A stretch of 64,000 nucleotides of DNA. Source: Lama glama. Its lineage: Eukaryota. Both the position numbers and the translations under genes were made by a program. Under the pieces are notes generated by a model. That model ran no database searches. It saw only the letters and a program-made list of their open reading frames with translations, and was not told the origin of the DNA. Below are positions 26,521 to 38,879 of the stretch, piece after piece (within the stretch, counting starts at the first letter, position 1; each line of letters begins with the position of its first letter). The stretch covers positions 25,112,001 through 25,176,000 of the forward strand of contig CM052816.1 in the NCBI GenBank assembly GCA_028534125.1, in the 5' to 3' direction.

Positions 26521-27040
26521 TGTCGACTGGAAAAAAAAGCACAACCTGAAAGTTGAGAGTTGACTTTATTCAGCAGATATTTCTGAGGACTTAAGCCTGG
26601 GATACAGCCTTTCACATAGCTCTGAGACACTGTTCTGAAGAAATAGGGGAGGAACCAGAATAGACGGGAGTTTTTTCAAGGAAGATCAGGTAGTTGGAAC
26701 ACTAAAATTTTACTATTAATTAAAGAGAACCAGATATCTCAAATTAAGGAATTTAGCACTTTTCTATGTAGGGAAGTTGCAAAAGTCTGGGCTCATTGAA
26801 ATCATTCCTTTGATATGCACGTAGCTACCTGGGGCCAGTATCCTGTACTTCCTATCCTGAGTTCCCTCAGGGTGTACCTTTTGGGGTAGCTGCAGAGGCT
26901 GAGGACTTGTGAGCAGGCATCCTGCTTGTCTCCATCTTGTTTTCCCTCTGGCTTATCGTCAGGGGCAGTGGTAGTGGCTGATGGCTGATGGCTGCAACAT
27001 CTTTTATTTACAGATATGGCAGGCAATATTTTCATTCACA
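26521..27040 (-). mobile_element. ERV1-class solo LTR (MER41_BT-like), 520 bp
   Basis: TGTCGACTGG..TTCATTCACA termini; TSD GAGA/GAAA; AATAAA on the minus strand. Confidence 0.75.
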
Positions 27041-27439
27041 GAAATATGAAGAGTTTTGCCTGCAACAGGTCACATGCTTTCAAGGAGGAGGGTGTGTTGT
27101 CCCTTTTGTAACTTCTCCTGGGACAGGATTGAATGGTAGTGCTGATAACAACAGATCACTCCATTTTCCTCATTTGAGGCAGGTTTAATGGATAATCCTC
27201 TCTATAACTTTTAGTAATAATCTTAAATCACAGATTGTCACCTTTTCTGAACAGAGATTTTTCCCTGTACAGAAAATTCATAATTGTTGAAGTTCCATGA
27301 AAATGAAAATTCTAGCTTCTAAGAAAGATGCAGATTTTAGTCTGACTTTCTTTAGAACAAAAGACCAGTCACATTGTATTAATTTCATTTGTTTCCCATG
27401 AGAAATGAAGTGGCATCAGTTGTACAGTGAAAATAAAAG

Positions 27440-27622
27440 CCTGTACAGTTGTTAAAGAGTCTCCTAAACCCTTGGGCAAGTTTCTTAATCTTTTTAAGCC
27501 TCCGTTTTCTCATTTGTAAAAGGAAGACAATGGTAGTACATGGTGGAAAGTAAATATGATAATGAGAGGAAAGCCTTTCTCCAGTGCCTGGCACAACAGT
27601 ACATGATCACTAAATGTTATTT
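27440..27622 (+). mobile_element. MIR
   Basis: CCTTGGGCAAGTTTCTTAATC..GCCTCCGTTTTCTCATTTGTAAAA..AGTGCCTGGCACA. Confidence 0.75.
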
Positions 27623-27896
27623 AACTTTTATTAGAAGTAAGTTGTAGTAATGAAAATACACTACCAATGCCACCATTTGGTTTATAGTAAATTTATACAG
27701 TAGGCAGTAAGTTTTTAAGTAGCTCAGAAAAATAATCTAACATTTACAGTTTTGAGATTATGTGACCTATTGGATTAAATAATTATCTACTTATGATCTC
27801 GTATTAGTGTGACTCACAAAGAGTTGACTGTATATATTTGTTACTGTGAAAACTCATATGTGTGTGTCACACAAGTATGGCAAGTAATGACTATTT

Positions 27897-28085
27897 TTTT
27901 TTTCTTGGGTAAACAAAGTTTATTCTAGGAAGAGCAACTCATTGAGAGATAAAAACATTTTAAAATGTACATATATGTATTCTGTGGATTCTTATTTTTG
28001 TGGTTAGCTTTATTCCTTTGGTAACTATGCAAGTTTAAAAAGCTAAAGCTCTAAACTTTTCTTAGAAACAATGAACAGTACATGT
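27897..28085 (-). pseudogene. L1-mediated retroposed fragment (probable mRNA 3' UTR end or orphan transduction)
   Basis: Perfect 15-bp TSD AAGTAATGACTATTT (27882-27896 and 28086-28100); poly(A) and AATAAA (27924-27919) on the minus strand; TT/AAAT target site. Confidence 0.8.
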
Positions 28086-31000
28086 AAGTAATGACTATTT
28101 AAAGGTTATTACCCAGTTTGAGATTTTATTAAATGATGAAAATATTTTTGGAATTCATATGTTGACACAGATGATGCTTAATAAAAGATAGTGTCATTAC
28201 TGCTGTTTCAAAATTAAATTCAGAACATATTCCTAAGCTACCCATCATATTCTTTGGGCAAAAATATTAATTTGGGGGTTTTGGATACTTCCATAATATT
28301 TTGAATAAAATATTACAAACTCTGAAGAAGTCTGGAAAGTTTCAAAAGTGGTTTTTGGGGTAGTAAATTATTGAGCAGCCTTAAGCCTAATCTTTTTGAT
28401 GGAGTTGCCACCTTTTGGTATATTAATTTTGGTGTGTATAAATGTACACATTTATAGCAGGTTTTTTTAGTGTATTTAAATAATATTTCATAGTTTATGT
28501 ACAGTTAATGTATTTTGATGAAAGAGGGAAACTTTCATTTCAGATTCCTATTACCAGGATTTCAATATATTAGATTTTATCCCCAGTCTAGGTTTGTTTA
28601 AGAGAATAAATGAGCTTACATCATTATTTGTATCTTACATGAATAATTAGTCTTGAATTTCTTGAATCTTAGAGCACTCTCCTATATGTTACAGATTAGT
28701 ATCCAAGTTCTTATTCCTTTTGATAAGATATGGGTATCCGTGTATCTTCCTCAGTAACACACCAGAAGGAAGCTATTAAACAAGCTGTAACATCAATGAA
28801 ACATTAGGGTTTTTTTTTCTAAATTAAGTGTAATAACAATCTGGGAGACAAGGCTTTAAATAAATTTCATTTATCCTGCTTTTTACTAGAGGAGGGAAAA
28901 TTGGTTTTGTCAGATAGTTTCATTAGAGGTAAACTAGTGTGGCTTATTTGTTCAAGAATCATTCAGATAAGATATTTTCCATTCATAGTTGTCACTATTG
29001 CAGAAATTGTCTTTGAAAGTAGATACCAAAAAAATATTTAGGGATTTATTTTTAACAGATTAAAATGAACCAAATATATATAAAATATCAACAGCAAACT
29101 ATTTAAAACTAAGCACACTTAACTTAGGTATTTTTATAAGAAACCATCACAGTTTGGCATAACATAGTATTGAAATAGCTCACTTTTAAGAGATACACAC
29201 AGGGTTGGGGGTTCTATGGGGTGTGAGCAGATATGACTGCTCCTCATCATTCTGTCCATGTGCAAACCCTCTTTCAGAATTACAAATCACTAAAGACAGA
29301 TAGAGTCATCTGTACACTGTTTGAGGAAGGCATTTCCTCTCTTCTGTTTCCTATTTACAATTCCACTGGGTTCATAAAATGGTCAGATGCTACAGAGCCA
29401 TGAACAAACTACAGTGCTTTTAATAGAGCCATTCATCTGCTCCTTCTGAAGGTTAGTGCTCTCTCTCGAGGGAGGGTTCTCAGATAATAAGAGGAAAATG
29501 AATGCCAGTTGAGCACCTGTAATCAAATTACTCTTAATTCCCTCTTGTCAGATATTGAGCTCCTCATATCGTTTCATAGGTGGGCATTTTACAGACCCCC
29601 ATGGTGTAATGCAGTTAGTTTCCTTTCTAGCTTCCCTTTCTCTTTCCTGTGCTCTAGCAACCATCCATCATGACTGGGTAAATCCAGTCAGATGGGAAGT
29701 CCCAGCCGCTCAGACAGTCAGACACTGCACCAGCCTGGTCTCCCTGTGCACCTGTCACTTCCCGGCATTCGGCTTGTGAGGAAGGAGGCCAAGAGAACAT
29801 TTATGGAATGAATGCAGGCACCGTGCCCAGTGTGTCAACAGACACAGTGTGGCCTCAGCCTCGGTCCTGGTAGGATGATACTGCTCCTGAAAAGATTCGC
29901 AGCCTGCCCACTCCCACTCCCCAAGGAAGAACTTATCTATGTAAATGCTTGCTGCTTCAAACCTAGAGCAACCCGTAATTTAGTCCAGACTCTTACAGAC
30001 CCAATGTGTCACATGTAACAAAACAAACCCGGTACAAAGCACTGAGCTTCTGACTCTTTCAGCTGGTCCATAACTCATCCTGCTGTAAAGGCTGCAGAGG
30101 GAATTTGCAGAATGGGCTGAAGTGTTCCATTTCATTTGTATTGTATCACTTGGGATCTGAGATGTATTCAGGATGCAGCCACAGACATGGCTGGAATTTC
30201 ATTGATTTTATTATGTTGGTTGGAACTTATATTTGCTTCATGGTTTTCTAATCTCAACTTTTATTGAATATAATCCAGGAATAACGCATGGAAAATAATG
30301 GTGGTATACAATGAGGAAAGTGGAACACTGAGGATATTGGTTTTTTGATTCTGTGTCAAATAACTTTTACTATTAAAAAAAAACAAAACCTTGAGTCAGG
30401 GATATATGCAAAGATATCAATCTAAGAATTGTCCCATTGTAATGAAAATAGTGCTTAAACTTTATTGTAAAATCATCTGCAATCAAGTAACTCATTTATC
30501 AGTTATGGCAAAATGAATGTTAGTCTTGAAAATGTCTACCTCACTAGTTTCTCAAAAGGACAAGTTAAAACATTCCTTTTCAGAAATATGCTTGTTAAGT
30601 CAGCTGTAAATTGGTATGCCTCCTGGTTTTTGTCTACTCTGAGCAGCAGAATGTCTTGTCTTTCTGTCTGTCTATCTATCTATCTAACTATCTACCTACA
30701 TACACTCTATTAAGCTCTGGATTATAATAGTGAATGAAACAGAAGACTACTCTGTGCTGCTTGAGCTTATGGTCTCATATTTTATAAGTATTTACCAACA
30801 ATGAAAGTGGTTATACATATAAAAATCATTTCTTAGAAGGATTCTTTAACCAACAAGTTTAAATGGACTCTAAAAATTTAGACTATGACTGAACCAGACT
30901 CTGCCATGAGAACAGTACATATGTTTTACTACTCTTCCTTTCATAAAGACACCCATACATGCATTCTGATACTGATATGCAGTTTATTCTCCCTGTGGAC

Positions 31001-31329
31001 CTAGTGATAATCCCTTAACAGAACATGTTAGGCAGTAATGTCTTTGCTGTTTGGATCTTATGTGTCCATGTGTTTTATCTCACCACATTTTGTTAGCATG
31101 ATCACTTCTTGCTCCAAGGCCTTGTTTGCATTTGCTTAAAGAACCTAAGACCTTATCATTCGATTGCAAAGAAAGACATTAATTCCTCTAATACACTAAA
31201 AAAAACTTGGATGACTATTGACAGGTGACTATTGGGTGCTCTGGGTCTCTAATCCAATGTTTTCCAATATTTTATCATCCATGAAGCTTTTGAAAGCTTA
31301 AGTATCTCTCATACTCTGTGAAAGACACA

Positions 31330-31870
31330 AGTTGCTATCTAACTAGTAGTCCTTTCCACCTTATTCCTTGCTTACAGAGCCTGACTTTGTTCACCATTAA
31401 AGAGTTTCCATGTACTTCTGGAAAAGCATCCCTGTAGGAGAATCTTGATTGGTCCTACCCAAGTAGTGGCTGCATTTCCCGTGATAATTAATTGGTCAGA
31501 TTGTGATCATGTGACATAATTCTGGCCAATGCAATGTTAGAACAATTCTGGAAATTTTTTCTTCACTTGTAGAAGAGACAAATGAAGGGATATTTCCTTT
31601 TCTTCCTCTTGACATTGTTTCTGCATGTGATGCCTGGAACTGAGATAGCCATCTGAGGACCTTGAAGAAAAGAAACTTAAGACAACAAGTCAAAACTCTG
31701 GGGAAGTAAATAAGACATAGAATGTGTCTTTGAAGATATGTTTGCTTACCTAACCCCGGGAATTACCTTCCTTCCATACATTTTGTTATGTGAGATAATA
31801 CATATACACACTGTTTACTTTGCTTGCCATGTTTTCTGTTATATGTAGCCAAAATATATCCTAATTCACA
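31330..31870 (+). mobile_element. MaLR LTR (MLT1J-like)
   Basis: CATGTGACATAATTCTGGCCAATG, GATGCCTGGAACT..GCCATCT and 3' end TGTTATATGTAGCCAAAA..CCTAA. Confidence 0.7.
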
Positions 31871-32519
31871 TACCTTTCTTTAGAGATATTTAAGATTTCA
31901 AAATATAATAAAGGTCACAACTAAGACACAACTAAGATTAAATTAACCCAATTTTGATCTTGAAAGAAATACATTTTTACTTTGATCACTTGGTGTCAGT
32001 GTTAAGAACTGAGACAACTTGCTTGTCCTAAGCTTTTACTTCCTAGGTTGTGTGAAACGTAAATAACAAGATAGATAACTTTCAGCATCATAACTGTGCT
32101 TGATTTTGTTCCCAACTACACGTGTACCACTTTCTGTACTCTTCCAATTCCTGTCCTTTTAAAGAATTATAGCTCTAATATCATATATTCTAGGCCTGTG
32201 GTGGTGAGATGGATATTTTAACCCCTTGACAGACAATCACATCCTGCTGGGAATAGAACTAAAAGTATGACCTCTGTGTTCATCTCACAGACGCTCAGCT
32301 ATGTCCCTTAACTGAACCTGTGTAAGCTGAGATCTTTTGGTGGCCATCTTCCCCACTGTATGGGGAAGACCTAAGAATAAGGCAAATCAGAGAAAGTAGT
32401 ACCAAGATGTAGAGTCACAGAGTCCTGTGGATATATTTGAGTTAAAATAGATTCAGCTCTTCCTAAAGCTCAGTCTACTCACTAGATTTTTTCGGTCTCA
32501 CAGGTTGAATTACAGTTAC

Positions 32520-33142
32520 CATAGTAGGCAGAATAATGGCCCCTCAAAAATGCCCAGGCTTTAATTCTCAGACCTGTGAATGTGTTACTTTTTGTGGCAA
32601 AAGGGACTTTGCAGGTGTAATTAAGAGAATAGATCATAGGAAGATTATTCTGGATTTTATGTGTGGATCTAATCTAATCACATGAGCCCTTACAAGCCAA
32701 GAACCTTCTCTGGCTACAGTCTGAAGATTCAAGCAGAAGGAGGGAGAAGTTGGAGAGATTCCAAAAGTGAGAGGAATTAAATTTCTGGTTTAGGGGCCCA
32801 CATGCAAGAACCAGAGGGACTGCTTGGAGTTAAGAGTGGCTCCTAGCTGAGTGCTAACAACAACAACAACAACAACAACAAAATTAAGGACCTCAGTCAT
32901 GTAACTGTAAGGAATATTCTGCTAACAGTCTGACTCATCTTTGAAGTAATTCCCTTCCAAGTCTTCCAATGAGAGTTGAGCTGGTTGACATTTTGATTTT
33001 GGCCTTGTAAGACCTAGAACAGAGACATTAGTTAAGACAATCCAGCCTTTTAACCTACAGAAATGTGAGACAATAAATATGTGTTGCTTTAAGCTATTAA
33101 GTTTGTGGTATTTAGTTATAACAGCAATGGAAAACTACTATG
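32520..33142 (+). mobile_element. MaLR LTR (MLT1D/E-like), apparently inside an older MLT1 fragment (~32200-33190)
   Basis: GTAGGCAGAATAATGGCCCC..GGCAAAAGGGACTTTGCAG..TTTAAGC..AAGTTTGTGGTA..ACAGCAATGGAAAACTA; internal (AAC)n at 32856-32881. Confidence 0.85.
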
Positions 33143-33789
33143 TTTATTAAGGAGGATTTGGGGGTTTTCTAAACAAAAGGGTCTTGATGAATATAATACT
33201 TTTTTTTGTCCCCAGTATATTACAATATTGGAAAAAATATATTGGATTTTCTTTTGAGTATAAAGTAGCAATAGTCTTAGAAAAAAACACAGAGAATTTA
33301 TTCTGAAATATATTTGAGGTTGTAGAATGTTGTGGTTAGTTTTTGTCTCTTTTTGACAGAAAAGCAGTTATCTTGAGAACACATGCTGTGCCCCAGTTTG
33401 ATAGTAAGTGAATTATATATGGGGTAGAAATGAAAAGAAAAAGGACACGTTTGAAGTACTGGTTTGACAGTGGAACTTGCTTCAGGGATGACTGAGCATA
33501 TTAACAGGTCAGAGTCAAGTTAATCAGGAAAGACTCACAGGCTTGCATGCAATGCCCAGGTAGGTGAAATGCTCAAGGGAAAAGAAGGCTGATAAAGAGA
33601 GACTGGGCAGAACCAAAGGGAAACAAGACCTTTGAGCCTGATTGGGTGACTTTGGAGGAAAGATTTTAATCATAAAACCAGGAGGTGAAAATAAAAATCT
33701 AGGAAATTAGATTTAGAAAGCTGATGGAAATAAAGGAGCTACTTAAGAAAATTCAGCTCACGTCAAGTTAGATGTTAAATCTGTTTTAA

Positions 33790-34060
33790 AATGTAACAGA
33801 ACAAAGTGTTACCAACCAAAGACACTCACCTGAAATGCTGACTGTGGTGTTGAGAATTTTTACTGGAAATCAGTCACATATAGTCTTAACTGACCTCAGC
33901 TACTCAGACTCCAGCCCCTCACAGCAAAGACAGGCATTCACCATGAATCACATCATTGGCATAAATTATCAAACCAGTACATTGCAGCCCAAGTCTCTGG
34001 CATACAAAAAGACTGTTATAAGCCCATGAAGTTATATTAAGAGTGACAGGATGCTTTTTA
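33790..34060 (-). mobile_element. ERVL LTR fragment (MER68/MER77-like)
   Basis: CTGACCTCAGCTACTCAGACTCCAGCCCC..TTCACCATGAATCACAT..GGCATACAAAAA. Confidence 0.6.
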
Positions 34061-35110
34061 GAAGCAAGTTCACAACATACCATGACCACATCAGGAAAAC
34101 ACTGCAGCGAGAACTCTCTTCACTGGAGCCACATACTGCCAGAGGGAGTCTGTGCTAAGAAGGACAAGCAGAGGGAAGTGTATTCTGTGGGGCCCCTGCC
34201 TCTACCCAGGCTGGAGTCTGCAACCTTTTATCATGCACCAGGAGCTCAATTTCTCCAATGCCACAGATGCCTACCAAAACCCATGTAGCAGCTTCAAAGC
34301 TTGTGGGAACTTCCTCAGCTCTGAGTGCCTCCTATCCTTTCTCAAGTTAGAACATAACACAGTGAACAGAAAAGGCCACTCTTAGCTAGAAGAGACCAGG
34401 CCAAGGGTTCCAAGTGCCTCGGGTCCTGCCCAGGTATCCAAGGACTGAAATAATCCGTAAGTTGCACCTCTCAAATATTAGCAACTTAACAGGTTTGGGG
34501 GGCTGTAGCATTTTCTGAAGGTTTGCTTTGTATTCTTCAGTATAATAACTCCAGCCTTGTGAGGAAAAACTGCTCATTCTCTCTCAGTGATATGTCCTTT
34601 CTTAGCCAGATCATCTTACCTTGCTCACACAAGGAAGCAGAGATATGATTTTGATTTTTTTCCCCATTGGAAAATAATATTTCTCTGTTACTATACTGAT
34701 TAAAGTATTAGACTGTGCTATGGGAATACTCAATCCCTTAGAAAAATTACACAGAGGGAAAGAGAGAGTGAGAGATTAGAGATGGGGAGGGGTAGGTAGA
34801 GGAGAGAAGAGGGAAAGACAGAGAGACAGAGAGAAAGACAGAGACAGAGGGATAAACTGACTTTGGGAGACTCATGAAGGGTAATGAAGAGTCATTTATG
34901 TGGGTGATTCCAAGGGCTGGCTTAGTACTGGGGCCACAGCAATGAAAGAACCTTCTTCTACTTCTGTCTTCAAGGGGTTCATACTCCATTGGAAGTGGTA
35001 GGCAGAAGACAGTTAAAACAGAGTTTATTGGGTGCTACCATAGTAGTATTCACAATTCTACTGGGTGGGAGAAAAGACATCTTGACATTTTCCTTGTCTA
35101 AAATAATATA

Positions 35111-35291
35111 TAGTTGTTCCTCGATATCCTTAGGGGATTAGCTCCAAGACCCTCACGGATACCAAAATTCAGGGATACTCAAGGCTATAAAATACCTACA
35201 CATCTAGGGGTTCACCAGTAAACCAAGGGAAATTAGATTGTGGTTGGTTGAATCTGCTGATGCGCAACCCACAGATATGGTGGGCCAACTG
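35111..35291 (+). mobile_element. Tigger-family MITE (MER2-like)
   Basis: TIRs (T)AGTTGTTCCTCGATATCC and GATATGGTGGGCCAACTG flanked by TA dinucleotides. Confidence 0.8.
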
Positions 35292-36811
35292 TATGACCTT
35301 GCATACCTGTAAGTAGGCACTTTGGGTTCTCTTTCTTGTCATGGACTTTGAGATCCTGCAAGTTTAAAGAAGATAAGGCTGGGCATCTTTGAAGCTGTTT
35401 ACTGTCTATGTGCAGTGAAGAACCCCTTAAGTACAGCAGCCCAGGGCCTCAGCTGGTTGAGGAAGGCTGCAACTGTGACCATGATTCATATGCCTCTGTC
35501 AACACTTCCCCACTGCAGCGTTACAAGATCTGTTCTCAAATTTAACCTGCTTTAAGTCTGACATGTGTTAGAGCAACTTATATAGTGTGACAAGAGGGGA
35601 AAAATGGAAAGAGGACTTTAGAAATACTATCTCTGGGCTGGCGTGAATTTCCAGTCACACACATAAGTGCAAAATTGTACCTTTTAAAATTTCTCTAATT
35701 TAATTTAGCTTTTGAGGTCGTATCAGCTGATGGTGGAGAACATAATTAAGTCAATTGAGAGTAAGCTTAAACTCATTCAAACTCATTTAACTATACATTT
35801 AAACTCAATTCAGAATTTTAAAAAGCTTTTCAGGGCTTACATTCAACAACATCATGATTCTTCCCCCTCCCTTCCTTCTGTCCGTGATGGCCTCTAAGTT
35901 CACAGGGGAGAGTAGAAGGTGCTCCCAGGAAAGGGCTGCTCTTTGTCACCCTTGGAGCCCCTGGACATCCTTGAGATGTAGCTCACCTTTTGGTCTTCAT
36001 TTTCATGCTCCAATTCCCACTACTTAAGTCTCTGGTCTACACAGTCTGCATATGTCTGATTAATAACTCAAAATAATACCCTATTAAAGAACAATATAGA
36101 CATAAATTAACTTGCCATTGTGATGACTCTTTGTCTTACAAGATCCCCTCCCACTCCGGTATGAGCTCTACGCATCTTGAGATGCATCTCCTATGAGGAA
36201 CGAAACATTCATTCTTGACTACACATCTGGTGTTTTGGTGCCCCCTCTTTTCTATACCCAGCAGCTGTAGGTCTGTAGACTAGGAATCTACTGATCCTAC
36301 CTTTAAGTTAGGGAAAGAAAGGCTATAGAATAGAAAGCATTCCAAGTGAAGACCTTAGTTAAGGTGTTCTGCTAGAGTACATAGAATAACTCCTGAGTTG
36401 TGAAAGCACTCTAACCTTGCTTTAACTTGTGCTCTTATAGTAGAAACTTCTTTTACTCCGAGGCAGCCAGATGCTCATTGTAGTGAAGCTCAACAAATTA
36501 CTAAGTGCATAGGAGAGAACTAACATGGCTACCATGGAGAGTTAATAGAAGGTATGGAAAATTAATAGCATGGTGACAGTATGGTTATTGTGCACTAATC
36601 TCACTGCAAGCTATAATTATTTATTCAGCATATATATATATGTAACAACCAAACCAAAAGAAATGGGACATGCATTAACAGGAATTACTCTAGAAGAAGC
36701 ATTGATAAATTTTAGCTATGTTACAAGCAACATGTGCCTAGGGCTTTAAGTGACTACTTCGGCTATTATGTTGCTCTGCTACTGATACTGACTGCTGGAC
36801 AAACAGAGAGG

Positions 36812-37005
36812 CTCTAAAATAGTAAATGTTTTAGGCTTTGTAAGCCATGCTGTCTCTGTCACATCTTTTCAACTCTGTCATTTTGGCATAAAAGCAGACA
36901 TAGACAATACATAAAGATCAAGCATGATTGTTTTCCAGTAAAACTTTATATACAAAAACAAGGGATTGGCTTTGGTCCAGTGATTATTATTTGCAGACCC
37001 GCCCT
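36812..37005 (+). mobile_element. hAT-Charlie MITE (MER58A-like)
   Basis: ATAGTAAATGTTTTAGGCTTTG..AAAGCAGACATAGACAATAC..TTCCAGTAAAACTTTAT. Confidence 0.8.
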
Positions 37006-38544
37006 AGTTTTGAAAGCAGTCCCTTCTCAATTTTTGTCTTGCTAGAGCAAAATGATTAAGGAAGGTGTCTTTTGGGAAAATATACCCATTAACAACACCT
37101 CTCAATTCTCAAGGCCAGGCTGCATCTCTTTTTTTCCACTCTGTATCCCACATATCTGGCATAATATTCACTATATAGAAGGCATTTCAGTTCTTTAAAA
37201 AAATACGAACTCTCTTCTTCTACTCGGCACAAGTGAGGATACATTTCCTGACTGTCCATGGCAAGCGTGTGAGGTCACAGGCAAATCTGAGACATATGGA
37301 CTACTTCTCAGTAGAGAAGTAACAGACACTAGTATTGACAGCAAGAACATTCTCTACGAAACAGACCAGATTCTAAACATGACACGGTGAAATACTGCAC
37401 TTGAGTATTTACTGAAGTTGACATCTTTCAAATACGTGTTCTTCGTAGAAAATTTAAAATATTTAGCACCTAAGAATTGTTCTGAGTAGTATTGTCGCTT
37501 GCTAATTGTATGTTGCCATTTGGCTGCTTCTTTTGAGAGGGACTATATAATGTCGACTATTGTTTCATGAACCCTAAAGGATGGAGATGTGGTTTTGTCC
37601 AAATTATATTTCCCAGCCTTTGTCCCTTCTAATTACAGTTGTTCTTATTAGCATGTTAGAGGGCATGCAAAAATACATTTCTGGGACATGTATTTATCCT
37701 AAAGATCTATCTATTTGTAAATGAAGTTGCAAATAATTGGTTTGTTGTCATAGTTAGTTAACAGCAGGGCTCATAGTGCTAAAAGATCGAAGAGATTTCA
37801 ATGCCAGCATTTTATTCATGACACACACAGACATTTTCCACTTGGGGCAAGATGAAAAGTCCCTTATTTTCTTCATTGTGATCCAAATTAAAGCAAAGTT
37901 TAATTAAAGTTTCATTAAAGAAAGATCTTTCGTAGTTCTGGGAAGCATCTTTTTCTTTGAGCCAAATATGTTTTAGAATGACATGCTTTCATCTCAAGTT
38001 TTTAATGTTTTGCTGAGGGAAGAAAGGGAATAGATACACCATTAATGAGACGTGATGTGGCTCAGCCGAGTATAAAGCACCAGGTGTTCTATCGGTTCTC
38101 ATCTAGGCTGACTATACCGTGGGGCTGCACCTATATGCTTTCCTGACTGACAGTCTCTTAACGTGTTGCCACTTGAGTGATCTCTAACAGGGAGCTCCTC
38201 CCCTAATCGGGCTCCCCACTGCAGTCTCATGTCTTTAGCTATCGTTCTTCACTTAACCTTTCTGATGCCAAATCTCTTTCCATCTTCTTTTTAGTTCCTT
38301 TCCTCCCTGCCCACACACTTTCCCATATCTTCTACAAACAAGTACACCCTGCTAGTTATTCTCCTTGGAAACATTACATGACTCTTTTTCTCTTTTTCAG
38401 TATTTTACACGTGCATTCAATTATTATTCTGTTTTGTCTTTACTGTTACTACTTGCAAATGAATTTCAGCATTTTTGCCTATAATGTGGGTGGGTAATAT
38501 GAAGGTACACAATGGAACATGAGAATATAAATAAAATTTACACA

Positions 38545-38850
38545 TTTCCCGAGCTCACATTTCCCTGGGAAATAGACTCAGACAAAAAGTGCATGCAAGA
38601 AGATTATTGGAGCGTGCTCTAGAAAACAGCATTTATGAGAGCATAAGAGAGCCAGGATTGGGTAGAGTAAGAAGTTCAACTGCAAGACAACTGCAGCTGA
38701 GACTTCAGATGATCCACAGAGAGTTCACACACTGTGCTGGCCCTTTACAGATTCACCTGACTTAACCAGTCATCCAGTGCAGGAGGAGGGCGTACCTTTG
38801 AGTAAGGAAGTTCTCTTTGGAGGAGAGCAATTCCTAGCATTCTCCCCTCT
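38545..38850 (-). mobile_element. ERVL LTR (LTR33/LTR16-like)
   Basis: TTCCCTGGGAAATAGACTC..GCATGCAAGAAGATTATTGG..GCCAGGATTGGG. Confidence 0.55.
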
Positions 38851-38879
38851 ACGTGGGAACAATACCAACCTCAGAATCT

